From the human T2T-CHM13v2.0 reference genome, Homo sapiens, in NCBI RefSeq assembly GCF_009914755.1, contig NC_060936.1: 64,000 nt of DNA. One strand, 5' to 3'. Below are positions 62,313 through 64,000 of this stretch, one piece after another. The notes beneath the pieces were generated by a model, which searched no databases, was not told the DNA's origin, and saw only the letters and a list, made by a program, of their open reading frames with translations. Each line of letters opens with the position of its first letter. The first letter of the stretch is position 1. The position numbers were made by a program, and so were the translations under genes.

Positions 62313-63859
62313 ATAAAGTTGTATAACTCATGCCTATTCACTTTTATTTATTGGGAATGACATTGATGTCGTTTGCCTTCAGGATACCATTTTTCCTTTC
62401 TGTGACCTTTATTTTCTCCCTGCAAAAGGATTTTTTCAACAACTAGGCCACATACCCATTCAATCTTTCATGTTTAGAAACATGCTTTCTTAGAGGGTAT
62501 GACAAACTAACTTATTTTAACATGTAAATAATGGATAAGATCTTTATCAGTACTTAGCAGAAGACAGATATTTTATTTTGCTTTGAACAAGAGACAAATC
62601 CTTTGAAACCAACTAATCTCTAACTGTAGAATTCTTCCAGGAATCAGTGAACAGTTGAGGGAAGTATTTTGAAGGTAGTAGATCTACTTTTCTGATGTAA
62701 GTTGAATTCTATGGGCAAGCACTGTGCAAGGCAGAAGGGTAAAATTACATCACATAAGCACTCACCTGAAATACTTAGGTAAAAGACTGGCCATTAATCC
62801 TGTCAATATACTTTCTGGGTTGACTTACATTTCATCTTGCCTTACATTGTAATGTAATAGGTCTAGGGGATAAATACAAGCAGCTGTCTGCAGCCAATAC
62901 ATTTTTCCACATAAATACTTATGATAAAAATAAAAAGAAGGAAAAGAACTATAATACATTTTTTAGCCATACTTTAGGAGCAACTTGATGAAAATTAGAT
63001 AACACCGTGAGACATATCTGAGTGAGAAAGAGCTAGAACAGAAAGTTATCTCTCTAACAACTCACTGGTGTTTTAATGGAGTTAAAGTACTTCACCTACA
63101 TGCCTATGTGAAGAACAGCTAAAAAGTGATAACACTGAGTTCTGTATGTTCCACATTAAATTTCATTTTGCTAAACAAAAAGCAAGTAATGACAAAAATG
63201 TATGCATTGACTATTTGTTGATATAAGTTGAATCTGTCTTATTACTTTAGATATACTTTGAATTTATTTTGGATCTCAAGCATGAAGTCATAGGGATGTC
63301 ATCTCTATCAGTGTTTTCTGAAATCTGACATCACAGAAAGGACTAAGATGTTCCAATAATAGAACATCAAGCTTTTGTTGCTGCTTGTAAATTATAATTC
63401 ATAGAAACTTTAGAACACTTTATAAACTTTAATTTCCTGGAAGCTTCCTGAATTAAGTAGAAAAGAACAATGTCCAGAGTCAATACTATTTATCACATGG
63501 ACATAATTTTTCTCAGTAACTAGAAAATATATTGCAACCCAAATACTATACTCATATTTAGAAAAACAAACTCTCCAGTTAGTAGAACATAAATTACTGA
63601 GATATTCTAATAAAGATTTTATTCCTATTTTTAAAGCCAATAAATTGAGATAAATTTTTATGAGTTGTTAAAACTTTTTAATAAAAACACCAGCCCACAC
63701 CTCAAAGCAATTTCATACTTCTGTTATTAGTTTCTATAATAGCTGTATTTATAAAAAGTACCTGCATATGACAAATAATATACAAGCAATCAACTGATAA
63801 TCTGGTGTGTACACAATTCAATTCATCAATAGTTAAATTTAATGAAGAATCTAACTTAC

Positions 63860-63913
63860 CGGTGGATCAGCCCCCTTAGAACCAGCCAGCCCTCCTGTTA
63901 GGGATTCGATATC
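63860..63913 (-). CDS. PPFIA2: Internal 54-nt coding exon of liprin-alpha-2 (DIESLTGGLAGSKGADPP, about aa 84-101)
   Basis: Minus strand reads cctctccccttttcag|GATATCGAATCCCTAACAGGAGGGCTGGCTGGTTCTAAGGGGGCTGATCCACCG|gtaagt: polypyrimidine tract, CAG acceptor and consensus donor. Only frame 0 is open. The peptide matches my recollection of PPFIA2 ...LNSALPQ-DIESLTGGLAGSKGADPP-EFAALTKELN... Confidence 0.95.
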
Positions 63914-64000
63914 CTGAAAAGGGGAGAGGTGTTGATTGTAAAGTGCTACTCAACAGCATGAAGAATCCCCCAGTCCCACAGTGTAATAATTTATTTAGCT

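Overview
AT-rich, CpG-depleted primate sequence, almost certainly human (AluY/AluYa-type, L1PA, MLT1, L2 and MIR repeats). The only host coding sequence I can support is a 54-nt, phase-0/phase-0 exon on the minus strand at 63860-63913, flanked by canonical cag| and |gtaagt sites. It encodes DIESLTGGLAGSKGADPP, which I recognise as about residues 84-101 of liprin-alpha-2 (PPFIA2). The rest of the window (1-63859) is therefore the proximal part of the long downstream PPFIA2 intron. It holds one decayed full-length L1PA (about 46147-52272, antisense to the gene), a 5'-truncated younger L1PA directly behind it, old L1M relics, 12 Alus, MLT1 LTRs, and L2/MIR fragments. I see no evidence of a new gene or a new multi-gene system. 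The notable observations are small-scale genome-dynamics signatures: a composite templated insertion containing a perfect 30-nt piece of L1PA ORF1 (43213-43278); shared private variants between two tandem L1s, suggesting ectopic gene conversion; an L1 antisense promoter/ORF0 pointing into PPFIA2; several fold-back inverted duplications in TA-rich tracts; a palindromic minisatellite; and a very young AluYa-type insertion. Subfamily calls and the boundaries of old repeats come from remembered consensus features and are approximate.
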